Shown here: piece by piece, positions 11,688-25,600 of the stretch
How the letters are laid out: each line of letters opens with the position of its first letter
Position numbering within the stretch: the stretch's first letter is position 1
Assembly: GCF_902713615.1 (NCBI RefSeq)
Contig: NC_052152.1
Span: forward strand, 51,559,810 to 51,623,809
Reading direction: 5' to 3'
DNA length: 64,000 bases
Source of the DNA: Scyliorhinus canicula
Lineage: Eukaryota
Notes under the pieces: generated by a model
Seen by the model: only the letters and a program-made list of their open reading frames with translations
What the model was told of the DNA's origin: nothing
The model's database searches: none
Position numbers and translations under genes: made by a program

Positions 11688-12629
11688 ATGGCAGCCAGGA
11701 GAGCAGCTCCACGCTTCACCAATGCCGAGCTGGACACCCTCCTGGGCAACGTGGAGGGGAGGAAGGTGACCCTTTACCCTGGCCCAGGAAGGACGCTGCC
11801 AGCTGCTGCCATTCGTCATGCCTGGGCGCAGGTGACAGAGATGGTCAGTGCCACCAGTATGCCGAAAGAAACTGCAGAACCTCCTCAGGGAGGCCAAGGT
11901 GACCAGGCATGACTGTGCTCCTGACTCATGTCCCACACAGCCGTCACCCTGCCCCCTCCCAACCCAGAGGACAGACGAACCCCGCCTTGCAAAACATACC
12001 GGCACCTATACCAGCTGCCATGGCCGGGTGCACTGGCCACGGAGGCCACCAGATGCCCACCCCCTGGGCTGCTTGCATCAGTCTGCCGAACACTGTCATC
12101 TTCTGTACCTCCCCCCGCACCCCTTCAGGAGGAGGCTGCGCACAACCGCCGGGAGCATGAGAAGACAAGAGGAGGTCTGCCAGACATTTCGGTAACAGAA
12201 GAAGACTCAATTAGTGCGAGGTGGCGGAGAAGTCTCAGGGGATGGCTCCGCTTGCAATTCGTCCCATGGAGTAGCCCAGGGGCCATCGGGCACCCTGAGG
12301 GAGGAGGAGGTGATGGGGCCCGTGCCGGTGACTCCCACAGGGGAGGTCCCAGAACACCACAGCACCTTGGACCCCCCCCCCCCCCCCCCCATCCTGTCCC
12401 TGGTGCATCAGGTGGACAAGGGCAGCAAATGGGGGCACCATGCCACCTGGGACACCTGAGCAGCAGTCGGCCCATCCAGGCCCGGTCTGCCCAGAAATGC
12501 CCGGCAAAGGGGACCCTTGTCACAGGGCAGGAGTCACAGCAGGTCGCCTCCATTCCTGCTGTATCATCTGGCAAACCACCTAGGCGTAGCGTTAGGGCAC
12601 GTAAGGCCAGAAAGTTAGACACAGGTTAG
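11688..12629 (+). pseudogene. Harbinger A Myb/SANT-like (NAIF1/MSANTD-type) DNA-binding gene, degenerate and spliced
   Basis: MAARRAAPRFTNAELDTLLGNVEGRKVTLYPG...AWAQV aligns with the Myb exons at 29090 and 41662; frameshifted. Confidence 0.75.
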
Positions 12630-13049
12630 ATTATCATGGATGCAGGGCAGTTTAGTTGTAGGGCACAAATCTGTAAATATTTGTTCACATGAAACACCCG
12701 TTACCACTGTTACAACCTGCCTCTGTGCTCTGTCTGATGGGTGTGAGGGGTAGCTGGTCTTGGCTGGTCGGGGAAGTGGAGAATGGGCGAACGTTGTGGG
12801 GGTGGGGAATGGGCGTACACTGTGGTCTGGCCTCCACACCACCCCCCAGCTCCCCCCTCTGACCGTCCCCACCACCGCCACCCCAAGGGATTCGATGGGA
12901 CCGTGTGATGGAATGGAGAACTTGCATACAGGAATCACCTTGGTGGACGGTGGAAAGTGCGACCATGGACAGGAGTCAGATATTGTCAAATGATACGGAG
13001 AACTAGGGCTCATGGCAGAGCAGGTTGTCATCATCCTCCATCCCATGGA

Positions 13050-14167
13050 CCAATGATAGAGGGCGTTGCAGGGGGGAAGAGTGGGGGGAAGTGAGGGTGG
13101 TGTGGGAGTGGGATGCGGTGTCCGTGCCCCTGGCCAGTCACCTCCCTTCAGTTGGTGAACCTGGAACCGATCAGGGTGTCCTGTGCACGCAGGCCCTGGC
13201 GCCCATTTCGTGTGGCCTCCCATGCCTGCCTGGGCCCCATGTCCCGCCCATCCTCCCCCTCTCCCGCATGCTCCTTGTCAGACGAGGCATGGTGTTCATC
13301 CTTCTCCTCCTCCAGCACATCGCCCCTCTGCTGCGCGATGTTGCGGAGGGCGCAGCAGACCGCCACGATGTGGACAACCCTCTCAGCATCATACTGGAAC
13401 ATCCCGATCGGTCCAGGCACCTGAACCCCATCTTCAGGAGGCCGACACATCGCTCAATCACGGACCTGGTCGCTGTATGGGATTCCACGTTGGTCTGTGG
13501 CCTCCAGATAGATGTCACCAGCCACGATCGCAGTGGATAACCCCTGTCACCCAGGAGTCAACCCCCCCAGCCGAGGGAGGGGTGTTGCGTCTCAAACATG
13601 TCAGGAGTCGTCGAACGTGCCAGGATGAAGGAGACGTGCACACTGTCTGGGTGCTGGACACTGACGTGTATGATGTGCATCTGATGGTCATATTTCAGCA
13701 GCACGTTCTATAGTGGAACCCCTTTCGGTTTGTGTACAGCAGCCTGTTATCTGCAGGTGCCCGGTCAGGGATATGCATCCCGTAGATCACCCACTGGATC
13801 CGGGGCATCCCAACGATGGCGGTGAACCCCGCTGCCCGGGAATCCTAGTGGGTCCAGTCCACATTAAAGTGAATGTATTGAGCCACCCGTTCTGGCAGTT
13901 TCTCAAATGACAAGCAGTGCCGGTATACGCGAGGCCTCATGCGGCGCCTCCTTGGCACCTCCTTCTCCTTGGATTGTTGGGTGGCTCACTCTCCATCCTG
14001 CGTGGCTGCCTCCTGTCCCTCTGGGACACACTCTGCTGCTACATGCTCTGCTGCAGCCGTTTCGTCCTCCTCCTCAAGCAGCGCCTGCTCGTGTAGCCGC
14101 AGGGCATCCCCAGGGCAGCGGTGACTAGGAGAAAGGCAACCATTGCTGGTTGAATTCCAATATCCAT
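13050..14167 (-). pseudogene. Harbinger A HARBI1-like DDE transposase, disrupted
   Basis: Remnants HTATRSVIERCVGLLKMGFRCLD and VCCALRNIAQQRGD; frameshifts and deletions. Confidence 0.8.
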
Positions 14168-15829
14168 TGTCTGCAGGGGGTGAAAGGCATGGTGCCTACA
14201 TCCGTGCCCAACCAGGTCCAACAGGCAACATGGTGCCCAGTTGGCACTGTAGGCTCTGCCCCCGCATGTCCCTCTCCCCCCTCCCGCCACCATCCCCGCA
14301 CCGTGGGGGCCTCTGGCACTGGCACCTATCGCTGATGTCAGGGGTACCATCGGCTGGCACTGCCCTCGCCAGGGGTATGCACCGCGGCACTGGTTGGGGC
14401 TACTGTGGGTGTTGCCCTGGATGGACCGCTGGTGGGTGGTGGCCAGGTGAGGGTGGGGGGGGGGGGTGGAAGGGGCGGGTGTGTGGCAGAGGTGCAGGGA
14501 TGGGGGTGCGGGGGTGTGGGCACCGAAAAGGCCGGGGTCATTCTGCAGAACCAGGGGACTTGGTATGTGGTCAGTGGGTTGTGCAGCAAGATGGCCACGG
14601 TAATGGCGGTCCGTGCCTGGCACCGCCCCAGTCCCATGGGGGGTCACCCCAGATACTCGGCCTGTTCCTTGGTTGCCCCCCCACCCCCACCCCGCCCCCA
14701 GCCCTGGCAGGGCATGCTCCCCCATACACCTCAGCCAGCCCGGCCAGTGTCCGATCCGGCAACCCATAGTCGCTCCTCTCCGGGTCCTACCTCCTCTCTC
14801 TTCCTCACCAGCCACCACAAAGGTTTCACGATTTTTAAAAGCACAAGTGAGCCGTGCCATCGGGAACTTGTCCCATCGGAGGAGGAGACTCGCAGTGGCC
14901 GCAGTGAATTCCGGGTCAGGCCCGCTAATGATATGCAAACGGTGTTTACTGTATGGTACGCATTCACACCCCTGTCGAGGTGACCGAGAATTGGGATTTG
15001 GCATCAAATCGGCACCTGCCGCAATTCTGGCGTTGGAACCTAGTCTCTGCCCAATTGCGTTTCGCGATTTTGGTGTCGGTAAAGGAGAATCCCGACCAAA
15101 GATTTTTGCAGAGGGTCCAGGAATTTTAATTTCCCGAGCTATTCTCATAGAGTCAGTGTGTTGGAGCTTCTGAGGTTACCTGACTTCCAAAGCATACCTT
15201 GGGTTTATGTCCAACCTCCAGTGGTCTGGAGACAAGGTGATCTGGGCCAAATATTCCAGGGTGGGACGGGGGGGGGGTGAGAGAGAGAGAGAGAGAGATT
15301 GTTGAATCAGACTGGGCCATAACTTCCAATGGAGTGGTAATTGAATCGGATTGCCTCTGCTGCACCCAAAATACTTACCTGGAAATCCAGGCAACCCTGT
15401 CTCGTATGACCTTCCAATTCAGGCTGGGTGAGATCTGGGCAGTGCAGCCTGTCCCCAGGGCCTAGCGTTGAGGGTTGTGGAGGCGAAGATGAGGTGAGGG
15501 ATGGAGTTGAGGATGGAAGCGTCCGTAGGAGATTGGAATAGGTCAGAGCAATCGTTGCCAAGAAGCTAGAAGTGGTTTTCATTCTTCTGCTTTTTCTGGG
15601 CAACTATTGATGTAACCCAGTCAGAACTATCAGAAGTTTGTGATTTAAATTGAATTCTCAAATGGTTCCCAACGCAGGACAATTGCTCGTTACAAGTTTG
15701 TATTTTCAAGGCAATTGCTGTGTAAACCCTTACCTGGGAACGTCCGGGCCGGCTGGGGGATTTTGGGGGGGCGGGGTGGAGCGGGGGAGAGAGAGAGAGA
15801 GAGTTGTCCCCCAGTGTGCTGGAGCTCAG

Positions 15830-16080
15830 AGGTTCACCCACCGTCTTGGAAACAATTTGCTGGTCATGGAGGTGGCTACCTCGTGTTTTCTCATTGCTGG
15901 AGGGCACCAGGTACTTATCTGCTAATTCCCATCAGTCCATTCCATATTTTAAAGAACATGGTCAGCCTGTTTTTCTCCCTCCTTTGCAGCACTGATTCCC
16001 ATTCCAAATCTTTGATCAAGGATGTGATTCTTGTGTATGCAGATCCATGAAGAATCAGGCAGCACTTCAATCTGATTTAT
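15830..16080 (-). mobile_element. Old non-LTR retrotransposon RT C-terminal remnant
   Basis: Minus-strand translation RITSLIKDLEWESVLQRREKNRLTMFFKI...KTRGSH is typical of LINE RT C-termini. Confidence 0.55.
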
Positions 16081-16539
16081 ACCTCGCCATATTTCACACA
16101 CTACGTAGTCTGGCAGTGAACAAACAAATGTTTGATAAGCAATAAATCTGAGATTTTAGTTCTTCTTTGCCCCTTCCTATCTCTAACATGCTCAATCATC
16201 TTCACGTTTAAAGTTTCCATCTGCCACATAACTTCTGATGAGATATGATAGCAATCTGAAGAGTTAATTCCGATGAGGAAATAAAAACAAAATCAAATAT
16301 AATGCACCTACGTTCATGTGTGTAATTCTTCCGTACAGCAGCTGTAAAAATGAGATTTAAGAAAGATACTATTCAGAAACGTGCTTTCAAAAATAAATAT
16401 TTGATAAGTTTAACAATTACAAGGATTTTGACCCATTGCCGTGGTAACCGCAAGTACATAAATCAGGATCTGCATCTAAAACAAGAAGTGAGTTATCTAC
16501 TCAACAAATACGCAGCAGGTAGCGAGGGAATGGGCGATT

Positions 16540-17700
16540 CTTCACAAGTGGAATTTAACGAAGCTGGTGGAGGAAGCCAGGGAGGATCTCAAGAGGTGGG
16601 ATATGTTGCAATTGAGATTAACGGGGAGGGTACAAGATGTAAAGGTGAACACTCTGCCGAGGTTCCTGTTCATTTTCCAAACCTTCCTCTTTATTCCGAA
16701 GGCCTTCTTTCGGAAACTGGATACAATTATTTTGGACTTCGCATGGGCGCGGAAGGTGCCAAGGGTTAGGAGGACCCTGTTACAGAGGCAGAGGCAGCAG
16801 GGAGGGTTGGCGTTGCCAAACCTGCTTCTTTCTTTTTGGGCGAACGTGGAGAAGGTGAGGCGACGGTTGGAAAGAGAGGGAGTAGAATGGGTTAGGATGG
16901 AGGAGGAATCCTGTAAGGGGTACAGCTTAAGAGCTATGGTGATGGCAGCATTGCCAATGGCGCCCAGCAGGTACTCAGGGACCTGGTGGTGCAGTCCACG
17001 GTGAAGATCTGGAATCAATTTAGGAGGCACCTTAGGATGGCGGGGATGTCGGTGTTAGGGCGGTTGTGTGAGATTCACGGGTTTGAGCCGAGGCGGATGG
17101 ATGGCACATATAGGAGGTGGAGAGAAGTGGGGCTGGTCAAGGTGAGGGATCGGTATCTGGAAGAAGAGTTTGCCAGTATGAAAGAATTGAGGGAGAGGGT
17201 AGAGCTTCCAAGAGGGCGTGAGTTCAGGTACCTGCAGGTAAGGGACTTTGCACAGGTTTGGAAGGAGTACCCCATGTTGCCAAGGTACACCCTGCTGGAG
17301 CGACTGTTGCTTCCGGATGTGTAAGGGGAGGGTAGAATTGGAGATATATACAGGTGGCTGGGAGAGGAGGGAGGTGAGTGGATGGTGAATTAAGGAAAAA
17401 TGGGAAGGGGAGCTGAGAGGGGAGATAAATGAGAGTATGGAGTGAGGCACTACAAAGGGTAAATGTGACCTCCTCGTGCTCAAGGGTGAGTCTGATACGG
17501 TTTAAGGTCGTGCAGATTGCACGTATGACTTGGGCAAGAATGAGTGGTTTCTTCCAGGGGGTGGCAGATGAGTGTGAGAGGTGTGGGTGGGGAGCACCGA
17601 ATTGTGTGCCCATGTTCTGGGCCCTCTAATTGCCCAGCGACAAATCTTATTGGAGTGGTGGTCAGCAACGCCACCGGGGGTAGCGGCCTGGCTCATTAGA
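16540..17700 (+). mobile_element. Degenerate L1 ORF2 3' fragment
   Basis: VKVNTLPRFLFIFQ, GGLALPNL and CERCG...MFW motifs. Confidence 0.8.
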
Positions 17701-18965
17701 ACTATTTTGCATGTCATTGCCAGGTGGGATGCACAATTTACAAGCCAGCTGGGAAATGCTCCGCACCAATCATACCCCCCCCCCCCCCCTGCACACTCAG
17801 CTGAGAGTCTCGCTGGCGTGAATTGGGGCAAGTATTGAGGAACATGGTTGTGGTAGTTTGCAGTCTGAGGGGTGGCAAGGTGGTTAGTACCCTCCCAACA
17901 AGGGTGTCGTGGGGATCCTTCCTGGGAGATGGGGAGTCAAGAGGGCTTGTGCTGGGCTGGAGGGGCTCAGGTCGGGGCTCTTCCCTGGGATGGGGCTCCT
18001 TTGGCTGCTCTCACCATCTTCAGCCTTTAAACCCATTAACAATCACTCAGAATGTAAAAACTACCTTAATTCAGTGAAAATGTTCTTGTCTGTAGCCTTA
18101 AGCCATTTAAACAGTCAGTGTGTAACGGTTATCCCATAATAGTGAAAATATTTTCATTTGTACTCCAATATCATTTATACAGTCACTCAGTATTTCATAA
18201 ATGCACATCCCTCTTAATAAAATGAAGGTATTCTTATCTGTACCCCTAAACCCTTTAAAAACTCTTGTCAGTATGCCAAGTTTAAAGGACTGTGAGATAA
18301 AGGTGAAAGTTATGTCTTTAAAATGGCGGAAACCTTTGAAGTGATTTTTACAGTCAATTTAATTGCCTTTAGAAGTACAGAAGTCATGTGCCTATGGCTA
18401 AGACACTGAATGCTTTGAACTAGATTGTTTACATTGAAATTCACACTCCATTGCCTGCGGAAAACATTGTGATTGACAGCTCGCTGGACATGCAATGGGT
18501 AGAATCAGATTGTTTATTTTTATAACTCTGCAGGCATCCATTAAGTCAGGGTAGTAGCTGTTTCTCTAACTGCAATTTGTTTTACGAGTCTGCCTATTTG
18601 TTCTCCAGTGCTTCCTAGAATGTGAGGGACAGCCCACTCAGTTGTTCTTTCCTTGAGAAGGCTGCAGATGGGCAGAGCAGCCAACAGAGCTCCATGCCAG
18701 AGAAAACACCAACATGAGCCCCTCCAGCCCAGTACGACACCCCCTGACCCCCACCTCCCAGGAAGGATGCCCCTTGACACCCCAATGGCTATTGTTGGGA
18801 AGGTACTTACCACCTTGCCACCACTCAGACTGCAAGGTGCCAGTTAAGAGGAGGGTGGGGCGAGATGGGGTAATGGGGGGGAGGGGGGGGGGGCGGAATG
18901 GGAAACCTGGGGGGGGGGGGCTAAAGGGAAGTTCTGAAGTTAACTCGTGCCCGGAGTTAACTGGA

Positions 18966-19290
18966 GGGAAGACACGATGGCACAGTGGTTAGCACTGCTG
19001 CCTCACAGCTCCAGAGACCCGGGTTCAATTTCTACCTCAGGTGACTGTGTGGAGATTGCGCTTGTCTACGTAGGTTTCTCCGGGTGCTTCGGTTTTCTCC
19101 CATAGTCCAAAGATGTGCAGTTTAGGTGGATGGCCGTGTTCAATAGCCCCTTAATATCCAGAAGGTTAGAGTTACGTGGGATTACTGAGTTGGGGGGATA
19201 GGGTGGGGGCCTGACCTGAGGTAGGGTAACCTTTCAGAGGGTCAGTGCAGACTCGATGGGCCAAATGTTCTCCTTCTTCACTGTAATGTT
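18966..19290 (+). mobile_element. HE1-like V-SINE
   Basis: GGCACAGTGGTTAGCACTGCTGCCTCACAG head, V-domain and CTGTAA tail. Confidence 0.75.
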
Positions 19291-19313
19291 TAAAATTTAA
19301 AAATCTTTCAAGT

Positions 19314-20055
19314 TGTGGTAACCTAGCAAGGCCGACATTCAGGCCCGATTAAAATTGGGTATTTTAAATTAAAGAATCCGCTTGATTAAAATTGGGTATT
19401 TTAAATTAAAGAATTGGATACTTTAAAACAAGCTACAGTCACTCCAGCACAGCCTCATGGGGATTTGGACTGGTCAAGTTCGAATACACTTTGAGGTCAG
19501 ACAGGCTGCCAAGACATGGACCTGCTCAGTCAATTGACCATCAAGAGATAATCGATCCGATTGAAATGCACGGGCCTATTGTTACGAACTCAGGCTGGGC
19601 TAGACTCTCGGGCGCCTGGAGTTCCAGCCGTTACATTATTTGGCAAGGGGTACGTTCAAACATGGCCATGGGAGATGGACACCTGCGGGTGGCCCAGGTA
19701 ACCTGTCAATAGAGCATCAATCGGATCATTGGACACTAAAAGTCCTTTTCGATACCCCATTGGCCAAAGGCCGCAGGAAGTGGGAAAAGGGCGCAAAGCC
19801 AGTAGGGAATAAAAACAGTCACTCCCGACCCCTCAGGAGCAAAGACTTGACATGCGTTACCAGATTTGAGCAGATTTGACCAGACCAGACCAAACTTTGA
19901 CCAGAAGGAAGGGAGGAAGAGACTGCCAACGTGAACCACCTTAGTGAAAATGGGCCAGAGGAATTCCAGCAATCAGATCCATAGCCTACCAAGCCATCTT
20001 TATGCATAGTATACACTGAACTTGGGTACCTCTAGTATTTTGAGGGTAATATAAG
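19314..20055 (+). mobile_element. Possible solo LTR
   Basis: Starts TGTGGTAACC; internal 31-bp tandem duplication (about 19347-19415) and AATAAA near 19808. No TSD was found and the 3' end abuts an L1 poly(A) tail. Confidence 0.3.
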
Positions 20056-20257
20056 ATTTTTTTTGTAAAATAATTTTATTCAAACATTTTCCATTTTACA
20101 CATAACACAACAACACATCACCCCCAATTACAAACCCCTCCATAGAAAAAAAGAACAAAAGAACAAATCACCCTAACTCTCCCGCCCAGCGAGTGACCAG
20201 GTGACCGGCTCTTTGAAGTACAAGATAAATGGCTACCTGCCTTTGGTGGAACCCTTA

Positions 20258-20945
20258 GGGCAAGATTCTCCGCAAATGCGGAGAGTCGTAAAGGCTGCCA
20301 TGAAACCGGCCGTGTTTCACAGCAGCCTTCACGCCCGTTCCCGGGACCCGATTCTCCCCCCCCCCCCCATCGGGGCTAGGAGCGGGACCCCTGGAATCAC
20401 GGCGTTGCGGCCTAAACGACCGTCGTTAAGGCCGCGCGCATGCGCGGTGTCGTCATCACGCCATTGACGGAACCCGAGCATGCGCGGTTCCGCATTTCTC
20501 CACTGCCGTCCAAGATGTGGTGGCTTGATCTTGTTGGGCGGCGGAGGGGAAATAGTGCGTCCCTTTTGGACGCAGGCCCGACGATCAGTTGGCACCGATC
20601 GCGGGCCTGACCCCTCCCGAGCACAATGGTGGTGCTCGCGCCCCAAACGGGCTTCTGGATGCCCCAAAAGAGGGCATCCAGCGCCCGTTTTTACGACGGC
20701 AGCAAGCAGGTGTGTTTGCTGCCGTGAATAAACGGGTGTAAAGGCCCGGCCGCTCAGCCCATTGGCCGCGGAACACGAGTTAACTTCAGAACTTCCCTTT
20801 AGCCCCCCACCCCAGGTTTCCCATTCCGACCCCCATTTGTGACGTGGGTCGGGCAAGGGGGGGAGAATAGCGGGAGGGCTTGAAAAATGTCGGGAGGCCC
20901 TCCCGCTATTCTCCCAACCGGCGTGGGCAGCGGAGAATCGCACCC
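20258..20945. mobile_element. Harbinger MITE, 688 bp
   Basis: TIRs GGGCAAGATTCTCCG / CGGAGAATCGCACCC with a perfect TTA TSD (20255-20257, 20946-20948). Confidence 0.8.
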
Positions 20946-21115
20946 TTAATTTCTCACCTCACTGTGTACTTGACTTTTTCAAGGTCCAGATGATGCCTCA
21001 GCCATACTGACCTTCACCCACCTTCGAGCAATCAGCGAGGTGAAGGCCAGGACATTGTCCCCCGCTCCCGTCTGCAGCTCCAGCAAGTCTGACACCCCAA
21101 ATATGGCAACCAGGG

Positions 21116-21460
21116 TGTTGTGTTCTATGGCTCTCCTGATCATGAAGACACGCATAGAACATGTGTGTTTAACTATAACAAGTATTTATTATTACACACG
21201 TGGACAGGTAACCAACAAACTTATGTACAGACAATTATATAAGTTATTGGAGAGCTACAGTGAGATTTGACTGTCCTGTTGTCTGTCCTGCTCCCAATTG
21301 CCTTCGTCTCGTCAGTCACCTGACATATATATAGCTCCATGTGTGTCTGGCTCCACTTACTGGTAGGAGGTCATAACTGTCATTACATGTATTGATGATC
21401 AGCTTTATACATTGGTACTGTTAAAGTCATTGGTACAATTATATCCAGCTATATTAGACA
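21116..21460 (-). mobile_element. Probable solo LTR
   Basis: TGTTG...GACA ends; TATATATA and minus-strand AATAAA in LTR order. No TSD; the right end abuts a SINE fragment. Confidence 0.4.
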
Positions 21461-22568
21461 TTCAGAATTCTCCCTCAGTGTACCCAAACAGATGCCAGAG
21501 TGTGGCGACTAGGGGATTTTCACAGTAACTTCATTGCAGTGTTAGTGTAGGCCTACTTGTGACAATAATAAAGATTATTAGTTTTATATCACCATACAGG
21601 GGACAGGGCTCCAGCTCAATTTTCAGAATCGGCGATATGGTGCTTAGAAAGGAGACTCAGAACCCTACGAGCTTAGAACACGGCCAGAACATACGTACAT
21701 TAACCATTCGGACCTCTCCCACAATGCTTGCACTTGTCCACCACTCCCGCAAACAACCTTCTCATCCTAGACCTAAATGAGCCCTTAATCTGTATTAAGC
21801 CAAGCCTCGCACATGAGGACATGGCATTCACCTTCCACAGGGCCTCACTCCACACCTCATCCTCCAACACCAGCCCCAACTCCTCCTCCCACTTAACCCT
21901 CCCCTCCCTCCCCCCCGATAGTGCATCTTCGGCCGTAATCCTTCCACAGATACCCAAGATAATCCCCTCTTCCAACTCAGCAAGCGAAAGAACCCTCTCC
22001 AGCAATGAGGTTGGCGGCACCATAGGGAATGCCAAAAAGATCCCTTTCGCAAAATTACGAACTTGCGAACAAGTAATTACATCTGAATGAGTCAGACCGC
22101 GAGAGCCAAAAGTTCTCCAACAACTCCTCCAAACATGCAAACCGTCCCTCCAAGAACAGATCCCCCATTCTTTCCAACCTCTTCCGTTCCCACCAAACCG
22201 ACCCCCCCCCCCCCCCCCACCATCGAGCGTTCAACTTCGCACGCTCAAATATTTGGTTCACGCAGATTGGAGCCAGCTTTGATACCGCCTGTGATTTAAA
22301 ATGTTGCCGAAATTGTCTCCATATCTTCAGGGTGAAGACGGCCACCATACGGCGAGTATTTCACCAGTGGGAACAGGAGCTAGTGCCCTCAATCCCGACC
22401 CCCTACAGGATTCTGACTTCATCCTTTTTTTTTATTTTTTTAAAATAATTTTTATTGAAAGAGTTTTTCCATACAAACATTTACCCCTACTAATTTTTAA
22501 ATTATTTACAACACAATCCCTCTAGGCAAATATCCCTCCCTCGCCCGCCCTCTCGCGCGCACCAGTCC

Positions 22569-22606
<38 letters not shown>

Positions 22607-22632
22607 GTTGCTGCTGCCACGACCCCGAACGT

Positions 22633-25600
22633 CTATCTCTGATCTAAAAAGTCAAGGAAAGGTTGCCACCGCCTGGAGAATCCCTGTACCGACCCTCTCA
22701 GGGCAAATTTGATCCTTTCTAGCTGAATATAGCTAGCCATATCGTTAATCCAAGTTTCAACGCTTGGAGGCCTCGCGTCCTTCCATTGAATTAATATCCT
22801 TCGTCGAGCCACTAGGGACGCAAAGGCCAGAATTCCGGCCTCCCTAGCCTCCTGTACCCCCGGTTCTACCCCGACCCCAAAGATCGCAAGCCCCCATCCT
22901 GGTTTGACCCTGGACCCCACCACCTTCGACACCGTCCATGCCACCCCCTTCCAGAACCCTTCCAGCACCGGACATGCCCAGAACATATGCACATGGTTCG
23001 CTGGGCTTCCCAGACATCTGACACACCTGTCCTCACCCCCAAAGAACCGGCTCATCCTTGTCCCCGTCATGTGAGCTCTATGCAGCACCTTAAATTGAAT
23101 GAGGCTCAGCCTCGCACACGAGGAGGAAGAATTGACCTTCTCCAGTGCATCCGCCCACGTCCCGTCTTCTATCTGCTCTCCCAGCTCCCCTTCCCACTTG
23201 GCTTTCAGCTCCTCCCCTGATGCTTCTTCCGCCTCCTGCATTATCTTGTAGATGTCTGATATCTTCCCCCCTCCGACCCAGACCCCCGAGAGCACCCTAT
23301 CACTCGCCCCCTTACTGGGGAGCAGGGGGAACCCCTCCACCTGCCGTCTAGCAAATGCCTTCACTTGTAAATATCTGAACATGTTTCCCGGGGGGAGCTC
23401 AAACTTCTCCTCCAGCCCTCCCAGGCTCGCAAACCACCCCTCTATAAACAGGTCCTTCAGCTGCCGTATGCCCACCCTGTACCAGCTCTGAAATCCCCCG
23501 TCGATGTTCCCCGGGATGAATCTATGGTTCCCTCTTATTGGCGCCGCCAACAGACCTCCCATTTCCCCCCTGTGTCGCCTCCACTGCCCCCATATCTTGA
23601 GGGTGGCCGCCACCACCGGGCTCGTGGTGTACCTCGTGGGGGGGAGCGGCCATGGTGCCGTTACTAGGGCCCCCAGGCTTGTGTTGCCACAGGACGCCCT
23701 CTCCATTCGTTTCCAAGCTGCCCCCTCCCCTTCCATCATCCACTTGCGCACCATTGACACATTTGCCGCCCAGTAATACCCCGAGAGATTGGGTAGTGCC
23801 AGCCCTCCACTGTCCCTACTCCACTCCAAAAAGACCCTCCTCACCCTTGGGGTGCCATGCGCCCACACGTAGCTCATGATGCTACTCGTCACCTTTTTGA
23901 AGAAGGCCCTAGGGAGGAAGATGGGCAAGCACTGAAATAAAAACAAGAACCTTGGGAGGACCGTCATTTTGATTGACTGCACCCTCCCCGCCAGCGACAA
24001 CGGTGCCATGTCCCACCTCTTAAATTCCTCCTCCATCTGTTCCACCAGCCTGGAAAAGTTCAACTTGTGGAGGGTCCCCCAGTTCCTTGCCACCTGCACC
24101 CCTAAGTACCTAAAGCTCTTTCCTGCTCGCTTGAAGGGGAGTCTCCCAATACCCTCTCCCTGGTCCCCCGGGTGTATCACAAAAACCTCGCTTTTGCCCA
24201 AATTTAGTTTGTACCCCGAAAAGTCCCCAAACTCTGCTAATAGTTCCATTATCTCCGGCATTCCCCCTTCTGGGTCTGCCACGTACAGCAGTAGATCATC
24301 CGCATACAGCGATACTCGATGTTCCTCCCCTCCCCTAGTCAGTCCTCTCCACCCCCCTGAACCCCTCAGTGCCATCGCCAACGGTTCAATCGCCAGTGCG
24401 AAAAGTAGGGGGGATAGGGGACATCCCTGCCTGGTCCCTCGGTGGAGCCCGAAATACTCCGACCTCCTCCCGTTTGTCACTACACTCGCCGTCGGGGCCG
24501 AGTAGAGCAACTTCACCCACTTAATAAACCCTTCCCCAAACCCAAACCGTTCCAACGTCTCCCACAGGTACTCCCACTCCACCCTATCGAATGCCTTCTC
24601 CGCGTCCAGCGCTACCACTATCTCAGCCTCCCCCTCCACTGCCGGCATCATAATTACATTCAGCAATCTCCGCACGTTCGTGTTGATCTGCCGCCCCTTC
24701 ACGAACCCCGTCTGGTCCTCATGGATTACCCCTGGCACACAATCCTCTATTCTAGCTGCCAGGATCTTTGCCAGCAACTTGGCATCCACGTTCAGAAGCG
24801 AGATAGGCCTGTAGGACCCGCACTGCACGGGGTCTTTATCCCGCTTCAATATCAGGGAGATCAGAGCCTGCGACATTGTCGGGGGCAGAACCCCCCCCTC
24901 TCGCGCCTCATTAAAGGCTCGTACCAGTACCGGTCCCACCAAGTCCACATTTTTCTTATAGAATTCCACCGGGAACCCATCTGGCCCCGGCGCCTTCCCC
25001 GCTTGCATCTGACCTATTCCCTTGACTAGCTCCTCTAGCCCTATTGGCGCCCCCAGCCCTTCTACCAGCCCCTCCTGGACCCTTGGGAACCTCAATTTGT
25101 TTAGGAAGTCCTCCATTCCCCCTCTCCTCGTCGGCGGCTCAGACCGATACAACTCCTTGTAAAAATCCCTAAAGACCCCATTCACTTCTTGCCCCTTCTG
25201 CACTACCTTCCCGCCCCTCTTCTTCACTCCCCCAATCTCCCTAGCCGCATCTCGTTTGCGAAGCTGGTGTGCCAGCATCCTGCTCGCCTTTTCCCCATAC
25301 TCATAGACCGCGCCCTGTGCCCTTCTCCACTGCGTCTCTGCCTTCCTGGTGGTCAGCAGGTCGAACTTGACCTGCAGGCTGCGCCGTTCTCCCAGCAGCC
25401 CCTCCTCTGGTGCCTCCGCATATCTCCTATCCACTTCCAATAGCTCCCCCACCAGCCTCTCCCTCTCCTGCCTCTCCTTTCTTTCTCTGTGTGCCCTTAT
25501 GGAGATCAGCTCTCCCCTGATCACTGCCTTCAGGGCCTCCCAGACCATCCCCACCTGCACCTCACCCGTGTCATTCAAGTCCAGATAGCTCTCAATGCTC

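Larger units (their letters stand above)
10644..15097. mobile_element. PIF/Harbinger DNA transposon A (degenerate, two convergent genes)
   Basis: TIRs GGGTGGGATTCTCC / GGAGAATCCCGACC with a 3-bp AAA TSD. Myb/SANT gene on +, DDE transposase on -. Confidence 0.8.

Noticed and set aside
12760-15173. Numerous GC-rich overlapping ORFs as host genes
   Set aside because: All lie within Harbinger A; their openness is explained by high GC content.
22560-22610. Very long poly-C/poly-G runs here and elsewhere as functional elements
   Set aside because: Their lengths vary between homologous TE copies, consistent with slippage or long-read homopolymer error.
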